The position numbers were made by a program, and so were the translations under genes. Of a stretch of 64,000 nucleotides of DNA, positions 45,428 through 54,173 are shown piece by piece. The notes below the pieces were generated by a model. That model had not been told where the DNA came from, searched no databases, and saw nothing but the letters and a program-made list of their open reading frames with translations. This stretch comes from Candidatus Wirthbacteria bacterium (lineage in GTDB: Bacteria > Patescibacteriota > CG2-30-54-11), in NCBI GenBank assembly GCA_903889905.1, contig CAISZI010000051.1:2647-66646 (forward strand), in the 5' to 3' direction. Position 1 is the stretch's first letter; the number at the start of each line of letters is the position of its first letter.

Positions 45428-46553
45428 TCTAAAATTTCCAGTGATTGAGGCAGTTTGCCGGATTAAAGGGGGGGAATTGTGGAACCAGGATCTCATGGAC
45501 CTGGTCCGAATGGTCGTGGACAAATTGAAGGCAGACGCTGGATTTAACTGGCAGCAAATCAGCGCGGTTTATGTGGCCAATTGTTTTGCCCAGGCGACTC
45601 ATCAGATCGGGATGCTGGATTCGCAACTTGCGGATGCGTTTGAGCTCCCGATACCAGTGGCGTGGTGGGCAGGAACAGATCTGGCTGGCAGTAAAGCGCT
45701 CGAGCGCGCCTGTCTGGATGTGATGCGAGGAACACGTGAATGTATTCTGGTGATTGGGGTGGAACAGCTTTCCACTTTGCTCGAACCAGAACAACAACGG
45801 CTTTTGGCCAGTTGGCTTTTGCCGGTTGAGCAGCAGGCCGGGCTTGGGCTGACCGGGGCTTATGCCCTGATGGCACAGCAGTATCTGGCTAAATTTCAGC
45901 TGGATGCGGCGCAACTGGCGACTGTTAGCGTGCTGCATCATCGGCACGCGTTGGACAATCCTTTGGCACAGCTACGGCGGGAGCTCAAGGTTGAACCAGT
46001 GCAGCAGAGTGCAATGGTGAGTTCACCTTTGCGGCAATTGCACCTTGCTCCGTTTGGGGATGGAGCCGCTGCCGTGGTCGTACGCAAAGGGGCAGACACG
46101 GATCTAGTGGGCATCCAAAGCGCCGGATTTGGCTATGAACCCATGGCACTGGCAGCGCGTGAATTGACGGAACTGGGTGCGGTGCGTTCCGCAGCCCATA
46201 AGGCTCTGGGCGCAGGACACGTCAGCTTGGAGCAACTCAACACGGTGGTCGTGGCCGACAAATTTACGATCGATACGGTTTTGTCTTTGGAGGCACTGGG
46301 GTTGTCCAGACAAGGGGAAGCCTTGCAGGATATCGAGCGTGGTGTTTTCTCATTGGATCGTAACTGTTCCCTCAATCCACGCGGTGGCCTCAAAACCAGT
46401 GGTTTTGCACCAGGCGCGAGCAGTTTAAGCCAGATCGTGGAAGCGGTGGAATTTTTGATTGAGCGTAAAGCAGGACATGCCCTGGTCAGCAGTGTGGGTG
46501 GCAGTGGCTATGAAAGCAGCGCCTTTGTTTTGAGTTTGGGAGAGCACACATGA
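45420..46553 (+). CDS. thiolase-superfamily protein (SCP-x/archaeal-type thiolase-like; canonical catalytic Cys not evident)
   Basis: Length and spacing fit the thiolase fold (…AGTDLAGSKALERA…, C-terminal GGSGYESSAFVL). Cys not seen at either expected site (CxSG, CxGGG). Confidence 0.55.
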   Translation: MTNLKFPVIEAVCRIKGGELWNQDLMDLVRMVVDKLKADAGFNWQQISAVYVANCFAQATHQIGMLDSQLADAFELPIPVAWWAGTDLAGSKALERACLDVMRGTRECILVIGVEQLSTLLEPEQQRLLASWLLPVEQQAGLGLTGAYALMAQQYLAKFQLDAAQLATVSVLHHRHALDNPLAQLRRELKVEPVQQSAMVSSPLRQLHLAPFGDGAAAVVVRKGADTDLVGIQSAGFGYEPMALAARELTELGAVRSAAHKALGAGHVSLEQLNTVVVADKFTIDTVLSLEALGLSRQGEALQDIERGVFSLDRNCSLNPRGGLKTSGFAPGASSLSQIVEAVEFLIERKAGHALVSSVGGSGYESSAFVLSLGEHT

Positions 46554-46816
46554 TGCAGGCGATTTCATCTTACAAACAACAACAGCAAACCAGGCAGCTC
46601 CTGGGCAAAACAGGAACGCTGCTGGCTTTTACCGCAGACAGTCAACAATTGGTTGGGATCGTGACCATGGCAACAGGGCAAAAGATAGTCGCCGCGCTGG
46701 GCGATGTAACAGCTCCTCAAATGGGAATGAAACTGCGCGGATGCTGGCGCCAGAGTGGTGTTTGTGCCGAAACTGGTTTGTTGCTGTATGCGGTGAAATT
46801 CTGTCCGGTTTTATAA
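46550..46816 (+). CDS. small OB-fold protein, possibly DUF35-like
   Basis: GKTGTLLAFTADSQQLVGIVTMATGQKIVAALGDV resembles the DUF35 OB-fold core; 4-bp overlap with the thiolase-like gene. Confidence 0.4.
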   Translation: MMQAISSYKQQQQTRQLLGKTGTLLAFTADSQQLVGIVTMATGQKIVAALGDVTAPQMGMKLRGCWRQSGVCAETGLLLYAVKFCPVL

Positions 46817-46851
46817 ATAATGATTTGTTTATGCCCGACGTGATGCGTTCC

Positions 46852-48372
46852 ATGCGTAAAGTGCTGATTATCAACCGCGGCGAAATTGCCTTGCGCGCCA
46901 TCCGCGCCTGTCGCGATCTGGGCCTGAGTTGTGGCATTGTTTACACCGCATCGGATGCCAAATCCCTGCCTGTCCGTCTGGCAGACGAGCGTTTTCTGCT
47001 GTCGCAGCCAAATGAAGTCAAAGCGTATTTGGACCAGGAAGAAATTTTACGGATTGCTCAGGAAAATCATTTTGATACTGTGTATCCGGGTTATGGTTTT
47101 TTGGCCGAGAACAGTGCATTTTCCGGGAGTTGCGCCGCAGCCGGTATTATTTTTGTGGGACCGAGCGCGTCGGTGCTGAAATTCCTGGGTGACAAAGTGG
47201 AAGCCAAACGTGTGGCGCTTTCCCTCGAAATTCCAATGATCCCGGGCTCGCACCACTCCTTGTCACAGATTGATGAGGCACTGCGGGTGGCGCAGGAAAT
47301 TGGCTATCCACTGCTGATCAAGGCTGCGCATGGTGGTGGCGGACGTGGCATCAAACTGGCCCATAGTGAACGGGAACTGCGCGAGCAGTTTGCAGCGGCC
47401 AAGAGTGAATCCATGCTGGCGTTTGGCAGTGCCGCGGTTTATCTGGAAAAATATTTTGACCAGGTGCAGCACATCGAATTTCAGATTTTGGCTGATTACT
47501 CCGGGACTGTGTTGTCTTTGGGCGAGCGGGAATGTTCTGTCCAGCGCCGCCACCAGAAGTTAATCGAAGAAGCGCCCTCGGCCAGTTTGACGCCACCGGA
47601 GCGACGCCATTATGGCGAACTCGCCAAAGCGTTGATCAACGCCGTCGGTCTGGTGGGAGTGGCGACGGTGGAGTTTTTACGCACGCCGGAGGGGAAGCTG
47701 TATTTTATTGAGGTGAACCCGCGTATTCAGGTGGAGCACGGCGTGACGGAATTGACGACAGGCCTGGATCTGGTCAAATGGCAACTGCGTATTGCCCGGC
47801 ATGAACGGCTGCCCATGGCACAAGCGGAAATCCAGATTCAGGGTCATGCGATCGAGGTGCGGATTAATGCCGAGGATCCGAGTCAGAATTTTATGCCCAC
47901 CGCCGGAGTGATTGATGCGTATTTGCCACCGGGCGGACCAGGGATCCGGGTGGACAGCGCTCTGTATAGTGGCATCAGTATAAGTGGGCAATTTGATACG
48001 CTGCTGGCCAAAATTTTAAGCCTGGGACAGGACCGCAGTGAATCCCTGATGCGACTTAGGCGCGCACTGCAGGAATTTGTCCTGCAGGGAGTGCAAACCA
48101 ATTTGCCATTACAGCGCAGTATCCTGGCAGAAGCAAAGTTTGTCAGCAATCAACTATCAACCCGTTATTTGGAAACCACTGACTTGGGGGGAGCTGCGCG
48201 GACACAAATTCCTGCCAGCTTACCGTTGGTCGCGCCGCACCCCAGTCAAGCTGCGGATACGGCCCGTATGGCTGTGGCAATTTATCGTGCGGTGCAGACT
48301 GCGTTAGAGGTAAGCGCAGCTTCAGCCTGGCAGAGTGCGTCGCGTCAGGATGGATTAACGGAGGACAATTAA
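46852..48372 (+). CDS. accC: acetyl/propionyl-CoA carboxylase biotin carboxylase subunit with a C-terminal extension of about 55 aa
   Basis: MRKVLIINRGEIALRAIRACRDLG...; ATP-grasp motifs; ATG at 46852 chosen by homology (the listed ORF begins upstream at 46741). Confidence 0.85.
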   Translation: MRKVLIINRGEIALRAIRACRDLGLSCGIVYTASDAKSLPVRLADERFLLSQPNEVKAYLDQEEILRIAQENHFDTVYPGYGFLAENSAFSGSCAAAGIIFVGPSASVLKFLGDKVEAKRVALSLEIPMIPGSHHSLSQIDEALRVAQEIGYPLLIKAAHGGGGRGIKLAHSERELREQFAAAKSESMLAFGSAAVYLEKYFDQVQHIEFQILADYSGTVLSLGERECSVQRRHQKLIEEAPSASLTPPERRHYGELAKALINAVGLVGVATVEFLRTPEGKLYFIEVNPRIQVEHGVTELTTGLDLVKWQLRIARHERLPMAQAEIQIQGHAIEVRINAEDPSQNFMPTAGVIDAYLPPGGPGIRVDSALYSGISISGQFDTLLAKILSLGQDRSESLMRLRRALQEFVLQGVQTNLPLQRSILAEAKFVSNQLSTRYLETTDLGGAARTQIPASLPLVAPHPSQAADTARMAVAIYRAVQTALEVSAASAWQSASRQDGLTEDN

Positions 48373-48373
48373 A

Positions 48374-48961
48374 ATGCAGATTGCGATCTACGGCGGTGGA
48401 TTTAACCCGCCTACCGTGGCTTATCTGGAAGTGATCCAGGCATTGCTTGAACTGAAAAAGTTTGATCAGATTTGGTTAATGCCTTATTTTGAACGTGCTT
48501 TTGGTAAAACGGTTACGACCGCAGCAATGCATAGGCTGTCCATGGCGCAATTGTTGGCGGATGTTTGCGGCAGTGGTGTCCAGGTTTGTGATCTCGAAGT
48601 GCGTCAGGCGAAGCGCAGTTTTACGATTGAGACGCAACGTGCTTTGCTGCAACTTTATCCCGAACATGAGTTCGACTGGATTATTGGCAGCGATCTGCTC
48701 GCGGAATTACCGCGTTGGAAAGAAAGCGAAGCGTTATGCCAGATGACGCATTTTGTCGTTGTGGCGCGTGCGGGATATGTCCTAGATGAGGTTGAACTGG
48801 AGCGGTTTCCGGTGCTGGGTGTGGTAGAATTAGCCTCGCCGCTAGCCGTTTCCTCGAGCCAGGTGCGCGCGCAAATCCAGCAGCAACAGGTTTGGCAAAA
48901 GTCAGTGATCCCATCGATCGCAACTTACATTTTGGACCACAAACTATATGGAGTTGACTAA
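48374..48961 (+). CDS. nadD: nicotinate-nucleotide adenylyltransferase-like protein (NadD fold, degenerate HxGH motif)
   Basis: GGGFNPPTVAY in place of GGTFDPxHxGH; the C-terminal SSSQVR (ISSTxIR) is retained. Confidence 0.55.
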   Translation: MQIAIYGGGFNPPTVAYLEVIQALLELKKFDQIWLMPYFERAFGKTVTTAAMHRLSMAQLLADVCGSGVQVCDLEVRQAKRSFTIETQRALLQLYPEHEFDWIIGSDLLAELPRWKESEALCQMTHFVVVARAGYVLDEVELERFPVLGVVELASPLAVSSSQVRAQIQQQQVWQKSVIPSIATYILDHKLYGVD

Positions 48962-50487
48962 TGCGTGATCAGATCAAAGCCTTGCGGCAGCGTGAGCAGC
49001 AGCTCCTGAGCGCCGACCAGAGACAACAGGCGCACCGCAAAGGCCGTTTGCAGGCACGGGAGCGCATTGAGCAGCTGCTGGACGCGGGGAGCTTTCAGGA
49101 GCTGGGTGCGTTGATGACATTGCAATCGCACCACTTTAACCTGCAGGACAAAAAAGTTGCAGGCGATGGCGTTATTACGGGCCATGGCACGATCGCGGCA
49201 CGACAGGTGTTTGTCTATTCCCAGGATGTTTTTGCCATCGGTGGCAGTCTGGGCGAGGTGCAGGCGCGCAAAATTGTCAATTTATACGAGCAGGCGCTCA
49301 AAACCGGCGCGCCCATGATCGGCATCATCGACAGTGGTGGCGCCCGTATTCAGGAAGGCCTGGGCAGCCTGGATGGGTATGCGGCTATTTTTCAGAAAGT
49401 CGTCCATGCCAGCGGTATTATCCCGCAACTTTCGATCGTGGTTGGGCCTGCGGCGGGCGGAGCGGCTTACACCCCGGCGCTGACGGATTTTGTCTTCATG
49501 GTCAAGGATTTGAGTTCGATGTTCATCACTGGCCCCAGCGTGATCAAGGCGGCCACGGGCGAAGCGGTGAGTGCCGAGGAATTGGGTGGAGCGCTGGTCC
49601 ACAATCAAAGCAGTGGCGTCTCCCATTTCCTGCTCCAGGATGAACGCAGTTGTTTCCAAAAAGTCAAAGACGTGCTCAGCTATTTGCCATCGAACCACCT
49701 TGAGGCCGCTCCCATGAACTTGACGGTCACCGCCGAACCGCAGGACAAACTGCTTGACCTAGTCCCCGTGGACGCCAGCAAGGCCTATGATGTTAAAGCG
49801 GTGATCCGGACCATTGTGGATGAAAATTCCTGGCTGGAAATTCATAAATACTACGCCCGCAACGCTGTGGTTGGACTGGCAAGATTGAATGGCGAAACCA
49901 TCGGCATTGTCGCCAACCAGCCCAAAGTGCTGGCCGGCTGTCTGGATATTGATGCCTCGGATAAAATAGCCCGGTTTGTGCGGTTTTGTGATGCGTTTCA
50001 TCTGCCTATTGTCAACCTGATTGATGTGCCGGGATATTTGCCGGGTGTGCAGCAGGAACACGATGGTATTATCCGGCATGGTGCCAAAATTTTGTATGCC
50101 TATGCCGAGGCCACGGTGCCAAAATTCGCGGTGGTGCTGCGCAAAGCTTATGGTGGTGGTTATATTGCATTGGTTTCCAAAGCCCTGGGATATGATCAGG
50201 TCCTGGCCTGGCCCAGTGCAGAACTCGCGGTGATGGGCGCTGAACAGGCCGTTGCTGTCGTGCATCATCGGGAACTGGCGGCCGATGGTTCGGACGCGTT
50301 TCGTGCACAAAAGATTGCTGAGTACCGAGACAAATTTTTGAATCCCTATCTGGCCGCGGAACAGGGGCAGGTGGACAGTGTGATTGACCCAACCACGACA
50401 CGGGCACTGCTGATCAGCAGCTTGGCCGCCTGGCGCGGTAAGCGTGAAACGCGTTTTGCCAAACGCCACGGTAATATGCCAATGTAG
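48961..50487 (+). CDS. acyl-CoA carboxylase carboxyltransferase subunit (PccB/12S family)
   Basis: Carboxyltransferase N- and C-domains (…GGARIQEG…, …GGGYIAL…), 508 aa. Confidence 0.85.
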   Translation: MRDQIKALRQREQQLLSADQRQQAHRKGRLQARERIEQLLDAGSFQELGALMTLQSHHFNLQDKKVAGDGVITGHGTIAARQVFVYSQDVFAIGGSLGEVQARKIVNLYEQALKTGAPMIGIIDSGGARIQEGLGSLDGYAAIFQKVVHASGIIPQLSIVVGPAAGGAAYTPALTDFVFMVKDLSSMFITGPSVIKAATGEAVSAEELGGALVHNQSSGVSHFLLQDERSCFQKVKDVLSYLPSNHLEAAPMNLTVTAEPQDKLLDLVPVDASKAYDVKAVIRTIVDENSWLEIHKYYARNAVVGLARLNGETIGIVANQPKVLAGCLDIDASDKIARFVRFCDAFHLPIVNLIDVPGYLPGVQQEHDGIIRHGAKILYAYAEATVPKFAVVLRKAYGGGYIALVSKALGYDQVLAWPSAELAVMGAEQAVAVVHHRELAADGSDAFRAQKIAEYRDKFLNPYLAAEQGQVDSVIDPTTTRALLISSLAAWRGKRETRFAKRHGNMPM

Positions 50488-50490
50488 TTA

Positions 50491-50625
50491 CAATTTTTCC
50501 TCTCCCCCTTGGGGCTGGAGTCTGCGACGTCCCGCACAGTGGGGAAGAGACAGAGAGAGGGAATTCCCCTTTTATCCTTGAGAGAAAGGCCCTCTCCTAT
50601 ATCCTCCCCCAAAGGGGGAGGAGAA
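50491..50625. repeat. cluster of C5/G5 hairpin modules (TCTCCCCCTTGGGGCTGG ... CCTCCCCCAAAGGGGGAGG)
   Basis: Read directly between the carboxyltransferase stop and the next gene. Confidence 0.5.
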
Positions 50626-50638
50626 GATTTTTTAAAAG

Positions 50639-52336
50639 ATGACTGACAATAGAAATTTAACCAGAATTCAATCTTTTCCCATCCTTTCCTGGCTTGTTGC
50701 CGTGGGTTTGGTGATGGTACTGGTGGCTGCGATCTGGTTGCGTTTTTTTCACCTTGATCGGGTGCCTGTTTATACCATTGACGAAGATATTTATACCGAG
50801 CTCTCCGCCAATTTTGCGAACGGCACACACGTCATGTTCAGTATTCCTTATTCCTACATGCCACATCCGCCGGTGTATTTTGCTTTGGGTGGGCTTTTGA
50901 CCACGTTGTTGGGCAAAGACATTGCCAGCGTAAGGGCGCTGAGTGCTCTAAGTGGTGTGGGCATGGTAGGGTTGCTGTTTGTGCTTGGCCGCAAATTGAA
51001 ATCAGCCAGGTTGGGTTTCTTGATGGCAGTTTCTTATGCGGTGGCGCCAGCCGCGGTTTACTGGAACCGGGTGGCGTTTGGCTACAATTTGCAAGCACTC
51101 TGGATAATAGCCGCGCTCGTCACGGCTCTCTGGGCAGTGCAAGCCAAAGCCAGTCATACCTCACGCTGGTTGATCCTGACCGCACTGCTCGTGGCGTTGT
51201 CGGCAGTGACGGAAGTGGGCGGCGTGCTGTTGCTTCCGCCTTTGCTGCTCTGGGGCTGGCTGGAAATCAAGACGCGGGCACGGTGGTGGCTGCTCTCGAG
51301 CGTGGCTCTCACCGTGTTTGCTTTTGGTCTGATTGCCCTGTGGCGTGGCAGGTGGTTTTGGGCAGACGCGACACTGAATACGGGGAGGAACCAGGCCGTG
51401 GTGCTAGTTGTGATGTTGGGCATGGCGCTGCTTTTTTATTGCCTCAACCTGGTGCGTGTGGCGCTGCAGGTACTATTTAAATTTTCACAGCAATTGTTGA
51501 GCTGGTGTTTTCCCTTGCTGATGCTGGCCATGGTGTTGCTCCCACCGAGTTACGGTGCCGCTGCGGATGGCCTTGACTGGCTTTGGCTGGGTGTGGTGGG
51601 ATTTGCGCTGATTCCCAATCAAGCCATGCGTCGGCTGGTGTGGTTATGGTTTGGAACAATGCTTTTGTGGGCTGTTTACCTCAATCGACCCGAGCGCATG
51701 CTGATTGTCCTTTATCCATTGCTGGCCGTTGGCTTTGGTGCACTGGCCTGCCAGTCCTGGCAGTTTTATCAGGCAGTGGGTCGGAACTGGAGACAACACA
51801 AAAATAGTTGGCGGGAACATTTGTTGAGTGGAGGATTGATCGGTGGAGTGTTTGTTGTGACAACGGTGGCGACGGCTTTTTGGTTGTTTGGCACAACACA
51901 GTCCTCGCTGGTGGCGCAGGACATGCCAAGTCGCACCGCCACGATCAACTGGCTTAACAGCCACGTCGAGCCGTCTGGTCTGGTTGTTTTTTCCTCACCG
52001 CTTGGCAGTCGGCTGAACAGTCATAGTGCAACCCTTAGCCAGTACACCTATGCCCAAAATGTGCCGCATCCCTATGTGCTGGTAGGTGAACGCTATCTAC
52101 CCGAGCGCTATTTGTGGCCAATGACAGCCGCAGCGGTGCAAGTGTTTGCATTGGATGCCCAAACGGAATATTTTTTTGATCGTATTTTGCAAAACCGTCC
52201 GCTGCCGTATGCGTTTACGAACGAAATGCTGCAGGAATTTGCCAGCATGGCAGAAGTCACAGTCAAAATCCGATCCACCTGGTCAGAGATGGTCATTGGT
52301 GATTATCATTTGTACCTCAATCCGGCCCAATTATGA
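50639..52336 (+). CDS. GT-C fold glycosyltransferase, ArnT/PMT (family 39/83)-like polytopic membrane protein
   Basis: N-terminus ...WLRFFHLDRVPVYTIDEDIYTE (GT39/83 DE-motif loop) followed by about 12 TM. Confidence 0.55.
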   Translation: MTDNRNLTRIQSFPILSWLVAVGLVMVLVAAIWLRFFHLDRVPVYTIDEDIYTELSANFANGTHVMFSIPYSYMPHPPVYFALGGLLTTLLGKDIASVRALSALSGVGMVGLLFVLGRKLKSARLGFLMAVSYAVAPAAVYWNRVAFGYNLQALWIIAALVTALWAVQAKASHTSRWLILTALLVALSAVTEVGGVLLLPPLLLWGWLEIKTRARWWLLSSVALTVFAFGLIALWRGRWFWADATLNTGRNQAVVLVVMLGMALLFYCLNLVRVALQVLFKFSQQLLSWCFPLLMLAMVLLPPSYGAAADGLDWLWLGVVGFALIPNQAMRRLVWLWFGTMLLWAVYLNRPERMLIVLYPLLAVGFGALACQSWQFYQAVGRNWRQHKNSWREHLLSGGLIGGVFVVTTVATAFWLFGTTQSSLVAQDMPSRTATINWLNSHVEPSGLVVFSSPLGSRLNSHSATLSQYTYAQNVPHPYVLVGERYLPERYLWPMTAAAVQVFALDAQTEYFFDRILQNRPLPYAFTNEMLQEFASMAEVTVKIRSTWSEMVIGDYHLYLNPAQL

Positions 52337-52737
52337 CCAAACCCATCCATGTCCGCTGGAGCAATAGCCAGGGGGAACCCTGTGAACTCAAGTTGCGTGA
52401 TGACCGTGGTGGAGCAATTGAAGTTGCGGTGGATGGTCAAACTTTTGTGGTCAATGGTGATGCCCACGATATGCAGACCAGTGTTAAGTTAGCGGAAAAT
52501 GGGGACGAGGTTGTTGCCGCCAATGACCATGTAGTCTTGTCGCCCATGCCGGGCGTGGTAGCGCGGGTGCTGGTTAAGGCCGGGCAATCCGTCAAAGCCG
52601 GAGATCCCCTGATTGTGCTTATGGCGATGAAGATGGAAAATGAGATTTGCGCCAATGGTGATGGCGTGGTGCAGAGCATTAAAGTCAGTGACGGGTCGAT
52701 TGTGCAGACGGGTGCGGTGCTACTGGTGATTGGATAA
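52333..52737 (+). CDS. biotin carboxyl carrier protein (1.3S-type biotinyl subunit)
   Basis: C-terminal ...GDPLIVLMAMKMENEI... (the AMKM biotinylation motif); start overlaps the preceding membrane protein gene (ATGA). Confidence 0.75.
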   Translation: MTKPIHVRWSNSQGEPCELKLRDDRGGAIEVAVDGQTFVVNGDAHDMQTSVKLAENGDEVVAANDHVVLSPMPGVVARVLVKAGQSVKAGDPLIVLMAMKMENEICANGDGVVQSIKVSDGSIVQTGAVLLVIG

Positions 52738-54153
52738 TTTTGTCATCAGGCACAGCGTGTCCGGGCAATAGACGAGTCGATAACCACGGTTTAGCTGGAT
52801 TTCTTTGGTGTGATCATAAAGTATTATATTGTCACCGCTGCTGGCGGCATCCAGCCAGATAAAATCCGCGGTGGTGTTGTCACTGTACATTTCCAGCAGC
52901 CGTCGATTGGCCAGATGGGAGAGGACATAGTCCTGAGCCGCGAGTGAAGCGTTTTCCGGAATCATGGCTTGCATGGTTGCAAAGGATTGATAGCGTGCCG
53001 CCATGGACCACTGGCTGGCAGCGAATCTGCGGGAAAAAGGCAGCGCACCAAAAAGTGCCGTCGTGGTCACAGCCATAACCAGTATGGCGGGATAAATCCA
53101 CTGATTCAGGCGGTATGCTTTGCTTTTTTGCAAACCCAAAATCATGGCAAAAAACAAGGTTGGCAGCAATACAGCGGCATATTGGGTGGTGTATGAATAT
53201 TGCCCGGGATAATTAGCGAGCAGCAAATAAAGCAGCGAAGGAATCAGACAAATCAAAAAGGTGCCACCCAGTAAACCAATCAGTCCAGTCGAGAAAAGTA
53301 AAATGGCGACAAAATAGAGTTTTGCTGGTCTGGTCAGCACGGCCAGTGTGTGCAGCGGGTGCAGGATCATATTGGGCAAGATTTGATTGAGCGATGTCCC
53401 GAAATCCTGGTATCGATAAGCAGTGTAGTTGTATTCGCTGCCGCTGAAATGCGGGATGATGATCTTGAGGGCAACCACAAACCAGGTTAGAGACAACAGG
53501 CTGACGGCAAAACCAATTTTGTATCTTTTTTGAGTCAGCAGATAGAGGCCCAGTGCGACGCCGACCAACCCAACTTCTTCCTTCACGCACAGGGACAAAA
53601 TCAAAAAAAGCCAAAACCAGCGCCAGCGTTTGCGAAACATGGCCAGCAAACAAAAGCCAAACAAGGGGACAAAAAATGCGATTTCGTGAAAATCAAAGAG
53701 GTTAATGTTTTGGACAAAAGGGGAGAAAAAATAAACCAGCAAGACAATCAGGCTTTTGGTAGTGTTCTGCAGGGTCGTTTTGGCAAACAGATAGATGGGG
53801 ACTGCTCCTAGAGCCAGGGCCAAAGATTGCAGGGTCAGCAGAGTGTGAACAGTCGGGGCAATTGCATAGAGGGGAATGAGCAGAAATAACAAGGGGGAGA
53901 AGTGGTTGGCCAGATAACTGTGGGGGGTGGCTTTAGATAGTTCCAGACTGAATTCCCAAAACCGGCCGTGGATGGTATTCCAGAAAACTTGGTTGAACAC
54001 TGCCATATCAAGGCCGAGGGAGTGAAAGGTGTCATGCCGGAGCCAGGCTACCAGTAAGCCATAGCTGCCAAACAGTGCAATGATCACCCAAGCCAGATAC
54101 TGTTTGGCCATCGACAGGGTGGAGGCCTTGAACCGGATTTTTTGTTGCTGCAT
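52720..54153 (-). CDS. DUF2079-like polytopic membrane protein (putative GT-C-type glycosyltransferase)
   Basis: About 13 TM helices plus a C-terminal soluble domain; profile typical of DUF2079. Confidence 0.45.
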   Translation of the reverse strand: MQQQKIRFKASTLSMAKQYLAWVIIALFGSYGLLVAWLRHDTFHSLGLDMAVFNQVFWNTIHGRFWEFSLELSKATPHSYLANHFSPLLFLLIPLYAIAPTVHTLLTLQSLALALGAVPIYLFAKTTLQNTTKSLIVLLVYFFSPFVQNINLFDFHEIAFFVPLFGFCLLAMFRKRWRWFWLFLILSLCVKEEVGLVGVALGLYLLTQKRYKIGFAVSLLSLTWFVVALKIIIPHFSGSEYNYTAYRYQDFGTSLNQILPNMILHPLHTLAVLTRPAKLYFVAILLFSTGLIGLLGGTFLICLIPSLLYLLLANYPGQYSYTTQYAAVLLPTLFFAMILGLQKSKAYRLNQWIYPAILVMAVTTTALFGALPFSRRFAASQWSMAARYQSFATMQAMIPENASLAAQDYVLSHLANRRLLEMYSDNTTADFIWLDAASSGDNIILYDHTKEIQLNRGYRLVYCPDTLCLMTKLSNHQ

Positions 54154-54173
54154 GCTGCTTGCCTTGGGTGGAG

